Origin: Tachypleus tridentatus
Taxonomy: Eukaryota
Reading direction: 5' to 3'
DNA: 64,000 nt
Assembly: GCF_004210375.1 (NCBI RefSeq)
Contig: NC_134837.1
Coordinates: 230,441,567 to 230,505,566 of the forward strand
Shown here: piece by piece, positions 14,078 to 27,753 of the stretch
How positions within the stretch are numbered: position 1 is the stretch's first letter
How the letters are laid out: every line of letters starts with the position of its first letter
Made by a program: the position numbers and the translations under genes
Notes under the pieces: generated by a model
Told to the model about the DNA's origin: nothing
The model's input: the letters and a program-made list of their open reading frames with translations, nothing else
Database searches by the model: none

Positions 14078-14266
14078 GCATGCATGCTAACATTTTATCC
14101 TGAGTTCGAGGCACCAGAATTGCAACAGCCTGAGATTGTGTTGTGTATAGATGCGTCCAACTCCATGAAGGGTGCACCTTTCCAAGATGCCCTCAAGGTG
14201 GCACTGCTCTGTTTGAATCATCTGCCAGAAAAATCTCTGTTTAACCTTGTTGCTTTTGGTTCAGGT
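14078..14266 (+). CDS. VWA5A: Coding exon 5, start of vWA domain with the DxSxS metal-binding (MIDAS) motif (…FYPEFEAPELQQPEIVLCIDASNSMKGAPFQDALKVALLCLNHLPEKSLFNLVAFGSG)
   Basis: Acceptor ttttactag|GCA at 14076-14077. The motif CIDASNSM matches the DxSxS of the vWA metal-binding site, followed by LFNLVAFGS. The 3' boundary is ambiguous. The strong donor CAG|gtgtga at 14265 ends the exon at 14264 in phase 1. The weaker donor GGT|gtgaaa at 14267 ends it at 14266 in phase 0. Confidence 0.7.
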
Positions 14267-14699
14267 GTGAAATATTTCTTTGTATTATAAAAAAGTTCTT
14301 TGTTATTTTTTGATGACTTGTGTGTAAAATTCCTATAACTAGTTGTAGAATAATTTTCATGAGTAGATAGCTGAAACATCAAAGACTGTTTGCATTGATT
14401 GTATATTGAAGATATTTTAGCTTTCATTAGTTTGCATTTGATCATGGAAAATAATGTTATTTAAAGATGGTAGGACTCATGTAACTGGTGTCACATAAGT
14501 AAGAAACTCATCATGCTCTGCTCATTATAAATAACCCTAAGTGGTAACACTTCTGTTGTAATTTTAGTTCTTTTATTTTTTTAACACATTGCAGACAGGC
14601 CATGAGTTCACTCTCGTTTTGTGTAGAGCATCATAGGAGTCAGAGACACTTTATTCTGTTCCAGATGGTTAATTTTTTTTTATTTTTGGTTACAATACC

Positions 14700-16480
14700 C
14701 ATATTTTTATAAATAGCTTCTTGCAGAAAATGTAATGTGTTGAGTGAAGATAGGTACTAAACTGTTTGAGGATAATTTGACAGATCCTCCAAGTGAAGGA
14801 GAAGATTTTGATGTGGATATGTTTGTAGATCATTCTAACAGTAACTCTAGTTACAGTGATGTTGTTAGACCTTCAAAGATAACTAAAGTTGTGCTCTCCA
14901 CTGATTCTAAATCAGAAAGTGATGACGATTCATGTTCCTGTTAATAATTTGTTTTCCTGTTGTGACAATGATAATTGGTAAAATATAAATATTTCACCAA
15001 ACTTGGAAATGTTTGAAAGAAATCCAGGGGTCACTATAACTCCATCTGAACCCAAAAGTATTGCTGTCATGACAAGTATAATGTTTGGTGATGACTTGTT
15101 TGAAATGTTTTGTCAGGAGATGTTTACCTGCCATAAACAAACTGCATAAAAACAAAATGTTATTTAAAGGGATTCATTTGTCTGAAGTTATTACACCTAC
15201 AGACATGAGGAAATTCCTAGGCTTTATTTCACTAATGGGACAAACCAGGAAAGGTAACTGGAAGTATTATTGTTCAACAGATTCTGTTTGGATTAGCACA
15301 GTATTTTCACACACACTGAACCAAAACAGATTTGAACAGACATTTTATTTATAATCAGAAAATGGATGCATCTTCAGGCAGGCTCTTCAAAATTTAACCA
15401 GTACTGGATTATTTCCTGAATACATTCAGGATATTATACAAATCAAAGCAACAGTTGTCATTGGATCAGGGAATGATTCTATGGAGAGGACGTCTGAGAT
15501 TCCAAGCATATCACCTTCCAAAAATAGTAAAATATGGGCTGCTGATGAAAATGGTGTGTGAGAATGACACAGGTTATACTTGCAATGTGAAGATTGATAC
15601 TGGGAACTGTTCTTATAGTTCTTGTTCCCAATACCACATTTACCAGAACAATTATTACAAAAGTACTTCCATTGCAAGAGTCTGCAGAACAATCAGAGTG
15701 AATAGAGGGTTGCCACTATGCCTGAAGGCTGAAATTTAAACAATGAAAAAAGGTTAAACAGATTTCCATAGAAAAGGTGTTCTTATTTTCATATGGAAAG
15801 ACAAGAGAGAAGTGAAAATAGTTTCAACCATCCATGATTCATCTGTTTCTAACACTGGAAAGAAAAATAAAAAAACTGGAGAAGAAATAAAAGAAAAACC
15901 TTTGTGTGTCCTCCAGTACCATGCTGACACAAAAGGTGTTGATTATGCCAATCAGTACCTCTCATACTACAGTATTCTCAGTAAAACAGTGAAATGGACA
16001 AAAAAAAATAGTAGTACCTTTATCTTTACAGTCTTTCAATTCATGTGTAATATACAAAGCCCTAAATAAACAGAAAAAATACAATATAAATGGTTCCTCC
16101 TTTCTCTGGCAAGAGAATAGATAACTGGCAAAGGCTCACTGGAACTAGAGAGGAATGAACCCTGTCTGTCTTCTGAAGGGTACAAGGAGAGTCCCACATA
16201 AGGATCCCCCAGGAAGACTGTCTGGTGACATGAAGATCATATTTGTGCATTCATTTCATCTACAGGAAAAAAAAAGAAATTTTCCACCAGAGCCTGCAGA
16301 GTTTGCACTGCCCATGGGAAAAGAAGTAAAATGGGATACATGTGCAAGGTTTTTTGTGGTTCCACTCCATATAGAAAAATGTTTTACAAGATACAACGTT
16401 TTAAAAACTTACTGGGTGTCTTCATATACATACTCTATAAGTTTTAAATATATAATAAAAGATGTAGTTTGAGCAGAGTA
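14700..16480 (+). mobile_element. piggyBac-family transposon fossil (transposase pseudogene)
   Basis: Several + strand ORF fragments cover the piggyBac transposase in order. There is an acidic N-terminus (14744-14944). HLSEVITPTDMRKFLGFISLMGQTRKG (15085-15354) is followed by a catalytic-core fragment (15455-15739). KPLCVLQYHADTKGVDYANQYLSYYSILSKTVKWTKK (15812-16069) is next. CARFFVVPLHIEKCFTRYN (16155-16472) matches the C-terminal Cys-rich domain. Frameshifts and stops interrupt it, and no TIR was identified by eye. Confidence 0.65.
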
Positions 16481-18498
16481 AAACATGTTCAACTCTTTTT
16501 AAACTCAGTGTTTTAATACATATCACACAAAGACATTCTGCACAAAACATGAGTAAACTCATGATCTGTCTGAAATGTGTTAAGGTCAAATCAAATAGTT
16601 CAAGTGATGGACTGTGAAACTTGTTTATATGCTATACCACACATTTGATGAATTTATCAACACAGTAACCTTGTTTTCTTGGTAACAAATCTATCCATTG
16701 TTAAAATATAAGCACAAGTAGTAGTAATATAAGGCATACAGGTTTAAAGGGATGGTACTGCATTAGGATGCAAATTTGCATGTGTAATTAATTTACATGC
16801 CTTTATGTACATCATAAGATCATGACTTTTGCAGTCACTTTCTCATAAAAAAACAACATAACACTGAATTATCTAAATAAACATTTTTTTCATTTGTATT
16901 TCATTAATTCTATGCACTTTGATTTTGGTTTTGAGCTTTTTTGGAAGTAATGAAGCTTGTACATTGAAATATTGTTGGGACAAGTTGTAACTAGATATTG
17001 CCAGATCATTTGAATTTTATAGAAGTCAAAATAATAAGTTATAAAAGATAAACCTGATTATTGTCAGAAAGTGGTCCTTCTGTAACTTTCTGCAAGTGTA
17101 AACAAAATTGTCCTTTTTTTGTGAAAATTGTGGGAAAGTTTTACCACGTTATGTCTAGAAAGGAACACACAAAGCTCATTTACGATTGTTCTACTAGTGC
17201 AATGCTATTTCTATGTCAGTCAGAATTGGTGTCAAAATAAGCTTTAATGGCAGTATTGTGAACAGGCAAGCAGATATATATACATTCTTTTTAATATTAA
17301 TCTCCTTATCAAACACTTATTTCTGTAGCTTTCACCAAACATACATTAAAAATTATATTACAAAAATTTATATGTATGTGTATAAAATAACGAAGTAGGA
17401 TTATACAGGTGATTATAGGCTCTTTAAATATAAATGTAGATTGTGTTTGTGCTTTCTACAAGGCAGTTAAACTGAGATCCTTTCATGCTGGATATAGGAT
17501 AAACCATTATTACTGCAGTGATAAATACTTATTTTCACTTAGTAAAGTGAATGACATGAATAAATTTGATACCTATTTTATTGTAATGTTGCATCATACT
17601 TGTATTAAAATATCTTAAACATAAACAGCTAGTATTAAACACACATAATTTTGTTTGATAAATGACTGATATATAATTTCTAGCTGTTTGTAATCATTTA
17701 ACCTTCCTGATGAGCTGTTAGAAGATATTTGTAGGACATAAATAAAATACTATTATGCATTATTATCACTAGTAATTTTAGAAAATATTTATCCATTGTA
17801 GCATATAATAAGTAAAATGCTATAATATGCTATTTTCAACTGGTAACTTGTATAGAACTTCTAAAGAATAATGCTAAAAAACATTATTTATCTTACTCTG
17901 ACTTAATATTACATTGTAAAGATATTATGCTGTGTTATCTCAGGTATAATATACCATCAGAGATGTGAATGACTGATATAAGTATCATTTCAATTAATAT
18001 TTGGTTTATTGTATCCTAGGCATTTTGATAGCTTATGGTAATGATGATAAAACTTTTAGAATGGCATGCCAACAATAGAATAAAAACTCCTTTCCAAGAA
18101 CCAGAGCAGTGGCAGTGTCCCAAATTTATATGTTACAAGAAGTATTGGACTTTGAAACATGTGGCTGTCTGTGACCCACCAGTGTGTCACATGGTCAGTT
18201 ACTAAAAGTTAGTTGGGACCCTGTAATTACTGAAAATCATAATAGACCTGATAGATGAAATGTTTTGATCCTAGAAACCCATATTGGAGAATTAATGTTT
18301 ACTATATTTATATGCTATATACTATATTTATATTTATATCACTGATTATTAATGTTTACTATAATCCCAAATTTATGTAATTTATCTTCACGAAACATAG
18401 TAAGCTTTTATTGAATATTACAAGTATGTTGCAACAAAATGTAAGAAATTTTAGTGAAGTATTTCTACTAAGTATTTGTCTCTGAATTTCCTTTAGTC

Positions 18499-18644
18499 CA
18501 GTGGTTCCCAACCAGGGGTGCGAGATAACATTTGTTTTGGCCACCTTCACCTTTATTCTTAAATAAATAATTACTGTGAGAGGTGCAAGAACATATTAAA
18601 ATTTTTTAGGGGTGCGGGGCATAAAAAAGGTTGGGAACCGCTTC
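18499..18644. mobile_element. Small MITE-like element of about 146 bp with terminal inverted repeats
   Basis: 5' cagtGGTTCCCAACCaggggtgcg and 3' aggggtgcggggcataaaaaaGGTTGGGAACCgc. The ends are an 11-bp perfect inverted repeat GGTTCCCAACC and the interior is AT-rich. It resembles hAT-type CAGTGGTTC…AACC termini. Confidence 0.5.
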
Positions 18645-19083
18645 TTTAGTCAGTCTGAATGCAAGGTGATGTTTCATATTAAGAATAAAATAATTTTTTA
18701 TCAGAGATTTTGTGTTTCATGTGCATATCCTCTAGAATCTTGTTTTATCTGTTACTTTTTCTACTCTAATATTATATGGCCTTGGCCCATTTGATTGGTC
18801 TTTAACTATTGCAAAAAAAGTATGAAATATATCTAAATAACCACCTTTTGTTTATAAAATGATTGTAATGAAAAATTACATTTTTCTGAACATCTTCAAG
18901 TTTGTAACAGTTTACTTCTGCTTTCATTTCATTTTTTGTCTAAATTTTTAAAAAATAATACCTGCTAAACCTGTGTAACAAAGCTATAAATTACTTGAAA
19001 ATCTCATAGCTGAAGTTAAAGTAAACAATATAGTGAATTACGTAATGTATTAAAAACTTGTACCTTGCTTAGAAATTTCAATT

Positions 19084-22000
19084 TTGTTAAACATATATTT
19101 ACTATTGGTGTGGAATCCTGTACCTGGTGAGGGGACTACCCAGAGAAGGTTCTGTTTTCTCAGTTTACCTCCTCTGGGATTTAAACATCAACCCATATGT
19201 TTGCCAGGGTCACTCGGCTGGTCCACTTGGGTTAGGGTCAACCAAGTACCAGTGTTGGACGTTCTCAGTGGGTGTTGTGGACGTTGTGTCTGATGCTGGT
19301 GTTTGGGTATAGTGCTCAAGAAACCCGTGTGTTGCTGCAGTGTTCTTGGTTGGCATTGTAGTGTGTCCCTTCATAGAGCTGTATGGTGGGTGGGGTCAGT
19401 AGGCACCTAAATATTCCTTTTTTATCATATATCCTCCAAATAAAAATAAAATAGCAAAAAAACACACCACAGGTAAAAGACCATGTCTTGAAGATTCTGA
19501 ACAGCAATCTTTAACTTCTTCAAGAACTGTACCTTATTTTCTGATATTACATTCTTTATCGGACAAATTTTTAGGGCAAATGTCTCCCTTTTTTATTCAT
19601 AAGGAACTAGAGGGGTTTGCTGGCTCTCCAAAGTCAGTCAAAAAGCTATGCTCTGGTGACATCTTGGTGGAAACGTCTATTGCAAAACATAGTGAACTCC
19701 TCTTGAATTCGAAGGCCATTGAGGTTACTCCCCCATTATAGTGACAAAGACTATGATGCCTGTGAGTGCAAAGTGAAGCATCATTGTGTTAATTATAATG
19801 GCTCTCACCCATCTTACTCTCATTCATGCCCAATGTGGGAGGAAGAAAAAGAGGTGCATCATTTGAAATTGGTTCACCATATTTCTTACCCCAAGGCTCA
19901 AAAGTTAACTGTCCACCACTCCATCTCAGATGTGTGCTGCTGCACTCCATTACACTGCTACAGTGGAATTGCAAACAGATCCCTCTGTGATTCCAAAAGA
20001 AACATTTTCAAACCATATAAAAAATCTTTTGCCCTCCATGGTTAAGGAATTTGATGAGTCAATGTCAACACCCATCTCTGTTTCTACCGTTCCTTCCAGC
20101 AGTGTCCCAGATCCACTGTCTTTGGTTCTGGGCTCAGGTGTTTCCGTGGGTCCATCTTCTTCTCTGATCCAGAGGTGCAGAATGGTTATTCATTCACACC
20201 CTCAGTCACTGGAATCTTCTTCTAATGACAGAGGCCTGCCCACCTGACCTAGGACAGGATCCACTACTCTCTTCTAATAAAGAGAAGAGACATTACCAAA
20301 AACAGAAGGGCTTACACCCAGTTCTCCTCCACATAAATAAAAATGGCCTCATTGACACAGTAGAACTGTTAAGGTTTCCATTCTGGTTTAGATGATATCA
20401 AAGCAATGATTGATTTCTATCATCCTATGTGTCTTTCCATACAGGAAACATTTCTGAAACCTGTCAATAAAATCACCCTTTAGCTTTTTTTTTTGTAAAG
20501 AAATGACAGGTTGTGTGAAGGATGATTGCATGGAGTGGTGGCACTGCTGGTCAATCAGCATGTTCCCACTCTGTCTTTGCTACTTAACACACTTGGAGGC
20601 CATTGCTATCTGTTGTTCCTTGGGTCATATCATTGCTGTTTGTTCTCTGTACCTGTTTCCTGGGGAGACCTATGATCAATCAGACCTTGATGCTGTGGTT
20701 AAGCAATTGCTATCTTTCTTTTTAATCTTGGAGAACTTTAATGGTCATAATCCCCTGTGAGGAGGTGCAAATATTGATAGGAGAGGTCTCTTTGTAAAGC
20801 ATATGTTTTCAGATCATAACCTTTCTCTCTTCAATACTGGTGTTTATACTTACTTTCATGCACCTAAGCAGTCTTTTACTGCTATTGATCTCTTCATGTC
20901 TCTCACTATTCTCCCACTTTTCATGGAGGGTTGACAATAACCCACAAGGTAGTGATCATTTTCCTGTAATTTTGAAAGAGAGTGGCTGTGGTCAGTGCCA
21001 CCTGAACTGTGTGCCCTGGTGGAAGCTAGATCAAATAAACTAGCCCTCTTTCACTACTCTCACAGAACTTGATCCTGCAGTTGTCTGTAAGCCACCAATA
21101 TCAATGGACATCTGTGTGGCAGCAGTAACTGACTGTATTATGCATGGCATGGAAGGCTCTAAAACAGGCCTGGGATATTTTTTGTAGGTATCCCACACTC
21201 GCACTGCATTGCTTTCCAGCAGACCCATGCATGTGCTTGGTGGGTAAGATGTCAAAGCTAGAAGGATACTTGGATTAAGTTCACAACTAGCATATCTTCT
21301 ACCAAAGACATATGGCACAAGATTCGGGCAGTATATTTTTGTCCCCCTTTTGATCTTGCTTTCCAATGGCCAGGAAGTTGCTGATGCTCAGAGCATTGCT
21401 GATACTCTCTACATAAGATTTTGCCAGGTATCTAGCACTTATGCTTCATCTTCTGCCTTCTTAGCCATCAAGACTCAGATAGAATGATCGGCTCTTTCCT
21501 TATAGGCTGATTGTCTGTATGACTATAATCACCCTTTTACACTGGTGGAACTCAGGCTGGATCTTCATTAGTCTAGCAGTACATCAGTTGATCCTGATGA
21601 TATACACTACAAGATGCTGCACCATCTCTGTCCTGCTTCCCTTGCTATTCTTTTGGTTGTTTTTAACTGGATCTGGCAAAAGAATATTTTTCCTGATACT
21701 TGGCACCAGATAATTGTCTTACCTTTCTCAAAGCCTTGGAAGGATCCCATGTTTCCTTCAGACTACCATCCAGTTGCTTTGATGAGCTGTTTCTGTAAGA
21801 TCTCAGAGAGGATGGTTGATGCTTCTCTTGTTTGGTTCCTCAAATCAAACAACCTCCTCTTGCCTACCCAGTGTGGGTTTTGACGATAATGCTCCAGTGT
21901 AAACCACCTGATTCAACTTGAAACATTGATCAGAGAAACCTTTCTCAAGCAACAACAACTTGTGTCAGTATTCCTTGACCTTGAGATGGTGTATGATGCT

Positions 22001-23100
22001 ACATGGAGGTATGGCATTTTGTGAGACCTCCACTTATATGGGTTGCATGGCCACTTGCCCATTTTTATTAAAAAGTTTTTAAGGAGTAGGTGACTCCAAC
22101 TTCATGTGGGTTGGACATTTACATGCTCTTTCCAACAGGACTGTGAAGTCCCTCAGGGCTGTGTCTTGAGAGTCACACTTTTCAATATAAAGTTATATGC
22201 CATCACTGGACAAATCCCTCCTACTGTTGCAAACGGGCTCTATGTTGACGTTCCATGTCTTGTGTCAGTTATCAAACACAAGGTTTATTGAGTGACAGCT
22301 ACAAACTGCTTTCAGTTGTTTACTGAAGTAGACTACACCAAATAGTTTTCACTTTTTTTTCTCTAAAACTGTTTGCATGCACTTTTGCTGCCAGTGGGTA
22401 CTCACCATGACCCTGAACTCTGTGTCAGTGAAGTTTTGCTTCTCATGGTCCCTGAGGCAAAGTTCTTGGGGCTTATCTTTGACCATAAGCTGTCCTTTAT
22501 TCCACACATCAAGCAGCTGTGAGTCAAATGTACAAGGGCACTGAACATCCTCTTTGTCCTCTCTTTCACCTCTATCGTGCTGTTATTTGATAAAAATAAC
22601 TGGACTATGAGTCTTTGGTCTATGGCTCAACCGGCACCTAAGCCTTGAAGATGCTGGACCCCATTCATCATCAGGAGCTTCAGCATTGTATGGAGGCTTT
22701 CTGCACTTCCTCAGTCCAGAGTTGGTACACAGAGTCTCATGAACCTTCTCTACACTGCCATCATTTGAAACTGCTTTTATCATATGCTTTAAAACTTTGA
22801 TCCATAGCACATCATTCCACCTTTAGTTGTGATTTCCTTCCTCGGTGGGCCATGCTTTTTCAGAACAGATGATCTTCCATTGTTCCTTTTGGCCTTCATA
22901 TACAGATGCAGTTGGATGAATTGGGTTAGTCCTTGGATAACATTGCTTTATCCACTGGTTAGTCCATCCCACCATGGCTTTTTACCATTCCCAGGTGTGA
23001 CCTTTTTTTTCAGCATAACTAATAATTCCAGCAATTTCATTCCTTGTTTCCTCGTGATTGTTGCAAAACAATCAGCACTTTAGCCTAAACATGTAACACA
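19084..23100 (+). mobile_element. Non-LTR retrotransposon (LINE), jockey/CR1-like, degenerate near-full-length copy
   Basis: A GC-rich 5' region lies at 19084-19420. The gag-like ORF1 (…LEGFAGSPKSVKKLCSGDILVETSIAKHSELLLNSKAIEV…) carries a CCHC-like Cys/His cluster at 19719-20045. The APE-type endonuclease spans 20503-21043 (NFNGHNPLWGG, SDHFPVIL). The RT motifs at 21614-22300 include IWQKNIFPDTWHQIIVLPFSKPWKDPMFPSDYHPVALMSCFCKISERM. QCGF and VFLDLEMVYDATW also fall there, as does CEVPQGCVL. The conserved 3' domain (MLDPIHHQELQHCMEAFCTSSVQSWYTESHEPSL) lies at 22600-23090. Multiple stops and frameshifts. Confidence 0.75.
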
Positions 23101-23479
23101 CGTCACTAATTGAAATAAAAATAAACTTAAAAAGGATTAAGTGTAAATAATATGATTCTAAAATATCATTTTGACCCCACCTTAACGTGTTGGCTCCCAA
23201 GTCTATTTTGCCAATACTTTCCAGGATTCCACTAGTTATTTTACGATTACTTTTTTAGGAAGAGTGTATATGAAGCTATTGTGTCCCAGCCAATAAGTGG
23301 CTTTTTATAAAGAAATAGACCATGACTAACCAGTGAGTCTTACTGGAAGGCTTTCATGACCCATCAGTAGGTCGTGTGGGGGCCAGTGTGTTAAAACACC
23401 AAATTGCAATATATAAGCTGTTTTTACACTCTGACTATTATCCAGCAATATAGAAATCAGCAACCATTAAAGATCTCAT

Positions 23480-24600
23480 AAAAATAATGATTTAAAGAAC
23501 CATGGCAATAACAGACCTGTTAGCTTACTCAAAATACTAGGCAAATTAATGAAAAAATTAGTAATGAACCAACTTTGAACACATACTTTCAAAACAAACA
23601 AGATTTTGAATGATGTCCCAAATGCAGGTAGCAAGAAAAGGCAGACTTCAAATCACCTGAATGAACTATCATGATGTAAATGGAAAACAAACAATTACAA
23701 CTACCTTTCTTGAGGTACAGAAAGTGTTTGACTCCATGTGGCATAACATACTAAGATACAAATTATATCACATTGGTATCTCTACCTGAATAGTATATAG
23801 ATGAATTTATGATTAACAGTATTATCTCACCTGTTTATGTTATTATCCTATGTCCCCTAAAGATCCATTCTAAGCTCCACTGCATACGGTATCTATTACC
23901 TGCATTCCTTCTCTCTAATGTATGCAGATAACATTGATATTTGTAGCTTGTCAAGCAACCAACTTAGTCATTTTGAAGGTCCAAACCTCACTCAGTACAG
24001 TATCACAAGGGTGTAATAAATAGCAAATAGTCCTTAATCCCTCTAATACAGAAGTCATTGCTTTCCACAGAGATGTCAGGAAACAGGAAAAAGTTTAGAA
24101 ACTTGAGTTTAACATTAAGAAATACAGTTAATGCATTCTCCAACTCTTATGAAATTTGTAGGTTTATCTTTCAGCTCAAACTTATCTTGGATCAAACTTT
24201 TTTATGACATCATTAAGTGAAACAAGAGAATTAATTACCTGCAGTGAATAAGTGGTATTAATAAAGGATGTACTGCCAAAGCAATTATTACTATATACAA
24301 AGTCTATATTAGACCCTCGTTTAAATACAGCAGTGCTGTCACCTGTAACATGATAGATCATAAATAGAGTAGGTAACAAAAATTTTCAGACCAGAGCTAT
24401 TAGGATTGACTTCCAATTCATACCCTGCCTGATTATATGAATTCTTTCATACTTGCCACCCTTGAAAGAATACTTTGTCAAACATGCTTCATGGTTATAC
24501 AGATTCACACCCTTATGTAATCCTCAGACACAACAATTCTCTTGCCGTGCTACCACCTGGATAAAATGCCTGTCGCCCATGAATGTGATCAGTAATCTTT
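23480..24600 (+). mobile_element. Second, distinct LINE reverse-transcriptase fragment (CR1/L2/RTE-like)
   Basis: Translation carries RT motifs in order: NRPVSLLKILGKLMKKLVMNQL and FL(R/D)VQKVFDSMWHNILRYKLYHIG. They are followed by MYADNIDIC (YADD box) and LYKVYIRPSFKYSSAV. It is interrupted by stops. Confidence 0.6.
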
Positions 24601-26431
24601 GTATTACAGTATAATTCCCTTTCTCATTTCTTGATATATTTTTGTAAAATTTATTAATTCAGTAACTTCTTTTCAGCCATGCATCTTAGGCACTAAGCAG
24701 GTAGAATATTCAATGCCTGCTCTATGAAAAACTTTAAGGATTAAATAGATCCCAGCCCTATAAAAGGCTACATTTTAGTGTGTCTTAACTCAGTTATGTT
24801 TTTACAAAAACGAAATTAATAAAGATGGTCAGGTCAGTCTGAAAGTAATATATTTATCTATTCAAACTGTTAGTTCAATCTTAAACTGCAAAACTAGTTG
24901 ATTAAATCTGTTTCAAACTTCCACTAAAATTTCAGATGGGTATGGGCATGTTCAGTCTCATTTCTGTGATCAACAGTGTCAATACCTTATATGAACATTA
25001 TCCCTTGCATCAGTATCCCTCTATACTCATGTTCTGCACCAAAATTAAACAGCAAAACAAACTCATAAAAGCTCTCTTTCCTTCCTTCTTTTTTGACATT
25101 CACAACTTTTCGAGTGTATTGAGATAGGCACATCAGTTGGCTTAACAGCTGAAATCAATAGCAAACTTCTCCCACATTATGCCTTTACCGTTATGACAAG
25201 AAAACCCACTTGAAGACAAAATTATATATGTAAAAATGGCTCGTATGGATAGAAAAAGCATATGTAGAGGAGCTATCTCCACTCATACCAGCAGTTTTTA
25301 CATATAAAATTTTGCCTGAATCACTTAAAGTTAAGTGCTGAATGGTCTCAAATTCTTCTTAAACTCTAACATTAGTACTATATTCTCATTCTTACTATTG
25401 GACTAAATCTTATTTTTGCTAGCAGGATGAAGAGAAACAGTGGTTTCTGAATGCTTTTGGTTGTCTCTCAAGCCTCATTTGAGCTTGATAAATTTTAAAA
25501 CCAAAATACCTACCAAGTTTGTAGTAGTAGTGTTTCATCAACATATTACAGTAACAAAGAAAAAGATGCAGCTATATTTATTTTTTTAATTTTGCAAGTA
25601 GCTTGGGCATTACAAAATATAAGTACAGTAGCATGAGTTACGTGTTTCAAGTGATTTGACAACTTATGTCACTGGATTGTTACTTAAGCATAGTTCAGAG
25701 AGCAATAAAACAAAATTTAAGTATAGACAGATGTAAGCTGTTTCAAGCTTTAAGCTATTTAGGATAAACAACTGTAGTTTTCTATTACAATTTGCAGTTA
25801 TTCAAGAGAGGAAAAAAGGTAGCTTAAATTTATTTTGTATTTTTTATGGTGGTTATGAGGTTGGTAAAATTAAATAAATGTGTATAGGGTTAAGATAGAG
25901 AAAATAATAGATAAAATATAAAGTTTCATTGAAAAAAGTTTGAGTCAGAAGGTTTTAAAAGTAACATAAATGAAATTTCAAAACTTTCAGAGAAAACATT
26001 TTAATATGAAAATCACTTTGCACTCAGAGAAATCAAAACTTTGACTCCATAATATTCATTACTTTGTTAAAAATTGATTTTTTTTTTGTCTACAATAAAC
26101 TTGTAATATTTACAGAAAGCTTGCAAAATTTTATGAATTTATACAAAACATATTCAAAGTTATAGTATGGAAACTCTAAAGGTCCATTTGGGGTTACAGA
26201 CTTGGCTGAATCAACAAAGCCCATACTGAGAGAATTAATGAGATCTTGTAGAAAGGGATATGAGTGGTCAATGATACATCTGTGTTCTATTACTTGGATG
26301 ACATGTAGGTTTTGTTTCCCTTCTGTTGACATTCCTCTCTTTTGTCAGAGACTTTTAGAAGGCAAATATCAAATATATTGCTAATGTTTATTCTTACAGC
26401 TCCTTCATGATCATTGTTATATATGGACATA

Positions 26432-26460
26432 TATATATATATATATATATATTAAAGATG
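26432..26460. repeat. (AT)n microsatellite
   Basis: atatatatatatatatatatatat seen directly. Confidence 0.9.
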
Positions 26461-27753
26461 ATGCAACTCACTATGTGGCCAATGATGCCTTATAAGAAAT
26501 GCTTCTTTTTCCTAAAATTCTTATCAAATATTAAGCCTGTATGCTCCTGCTCCATGCCCATTGTTGAATTAAGTTTTTTTGCAATACTGTTTTTTACTGT
26601 TTTTTTTTTTTTTCATTCCATAATTTATAAGAAAAAAAAGATGTATTTGAAAGAAACCTATTATACAGACTGTGGTTCTTATGCAGAGATGTAATATTTC
26701 TTCTTTGATTCAAAAACATCCCTCTAGTGTTCTCATGCAAATTCCTCTTTTCCCATTCTTTCCTGTTATGGAAAGAGACTCATTCTGCTGTTCAAAGCCA
26801 ATGAAGAGGTTGATATTGGGAGTTCCATGTTAGGTCAGTGTAATCCCATCAGTATAAGAGTGATTGGGTGCATCTCTTGATGGAAAGTAGGTTTGAAGAG
26901 TTACCTGGAAGTGTAGTACAGGCCACTGCTCATCACTTATGATCCAGTCTATTCGCATGAGCCAAGTGGGTCTTGTGTTTTCCTTGAGATGTATATCTGG
27001 GATAATTCCTACCTCCATGTGATTATTCTGGTAAGTATCATATGTACATATTCCCACCAATATGGATTGACTTGTTCTAGCTATGTGTTGTGCTCTTGCT
27101 TATCAGACAGCTTGTGAAATAATAGCCAATGTATCAATCATATATTATGTTTACCTATGTGATACTTAAATACTATACAAAAGTTTCTTTTCACAATATC
27201 TTTTGCTCTTTACCTTTATTGTGAGGGATTCATTCTCCAACTGAGTGTTACCCCTCTAACATACCCTTACCCTGGTAGGTGACATACCTCATGGGTTTTC
27301 TATCCTTTTTGATGCTATTATTTCTGAAAGGTGTTCAGTTTTTCTTTTGTATTTCTAACTCTCTTATGCAGAGAGATAAATAAATGTTTCTGAAGTCAAC
27401 ATTTTATTTAACAGAAAATTTATTTCAGAAAGTTATTTGTCTTTTTGTACAATCTCCCACAATTGTTTTTAACTTCTAGTGTATTTATTTTCCCTCATGA
27501 AAAATGAGCCTTTGTTCCACTACTAGTGCTTATGAATACTAATGCACAAGGAGAATTTATCCTCTTATTGTTGGAAGGCAATAATTTAATAATGATTGCA
27601 TTATAGGTGTGCATAATACATACTCAAAGCTTCTTTGAGTACTTGTGAGATTTTCCCAGTAGTGGTTTGGGGAAATAGTTCTTTGTTTTGTAGAAAAGAG
27701 TAACTATCACAATCTGAAATATCTAAAATAACATTTTTTTTTACAGTTTTCAG

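Noticed and set aside
14700-16480. piggyBac-derived sequence as a domesticated host gene (PGBD-like)
   Set aside because: The reading frame is broken into at least five pieces by stops and frameshifts and it lies inside an intron. It is a fossil, not a domesticated gene.
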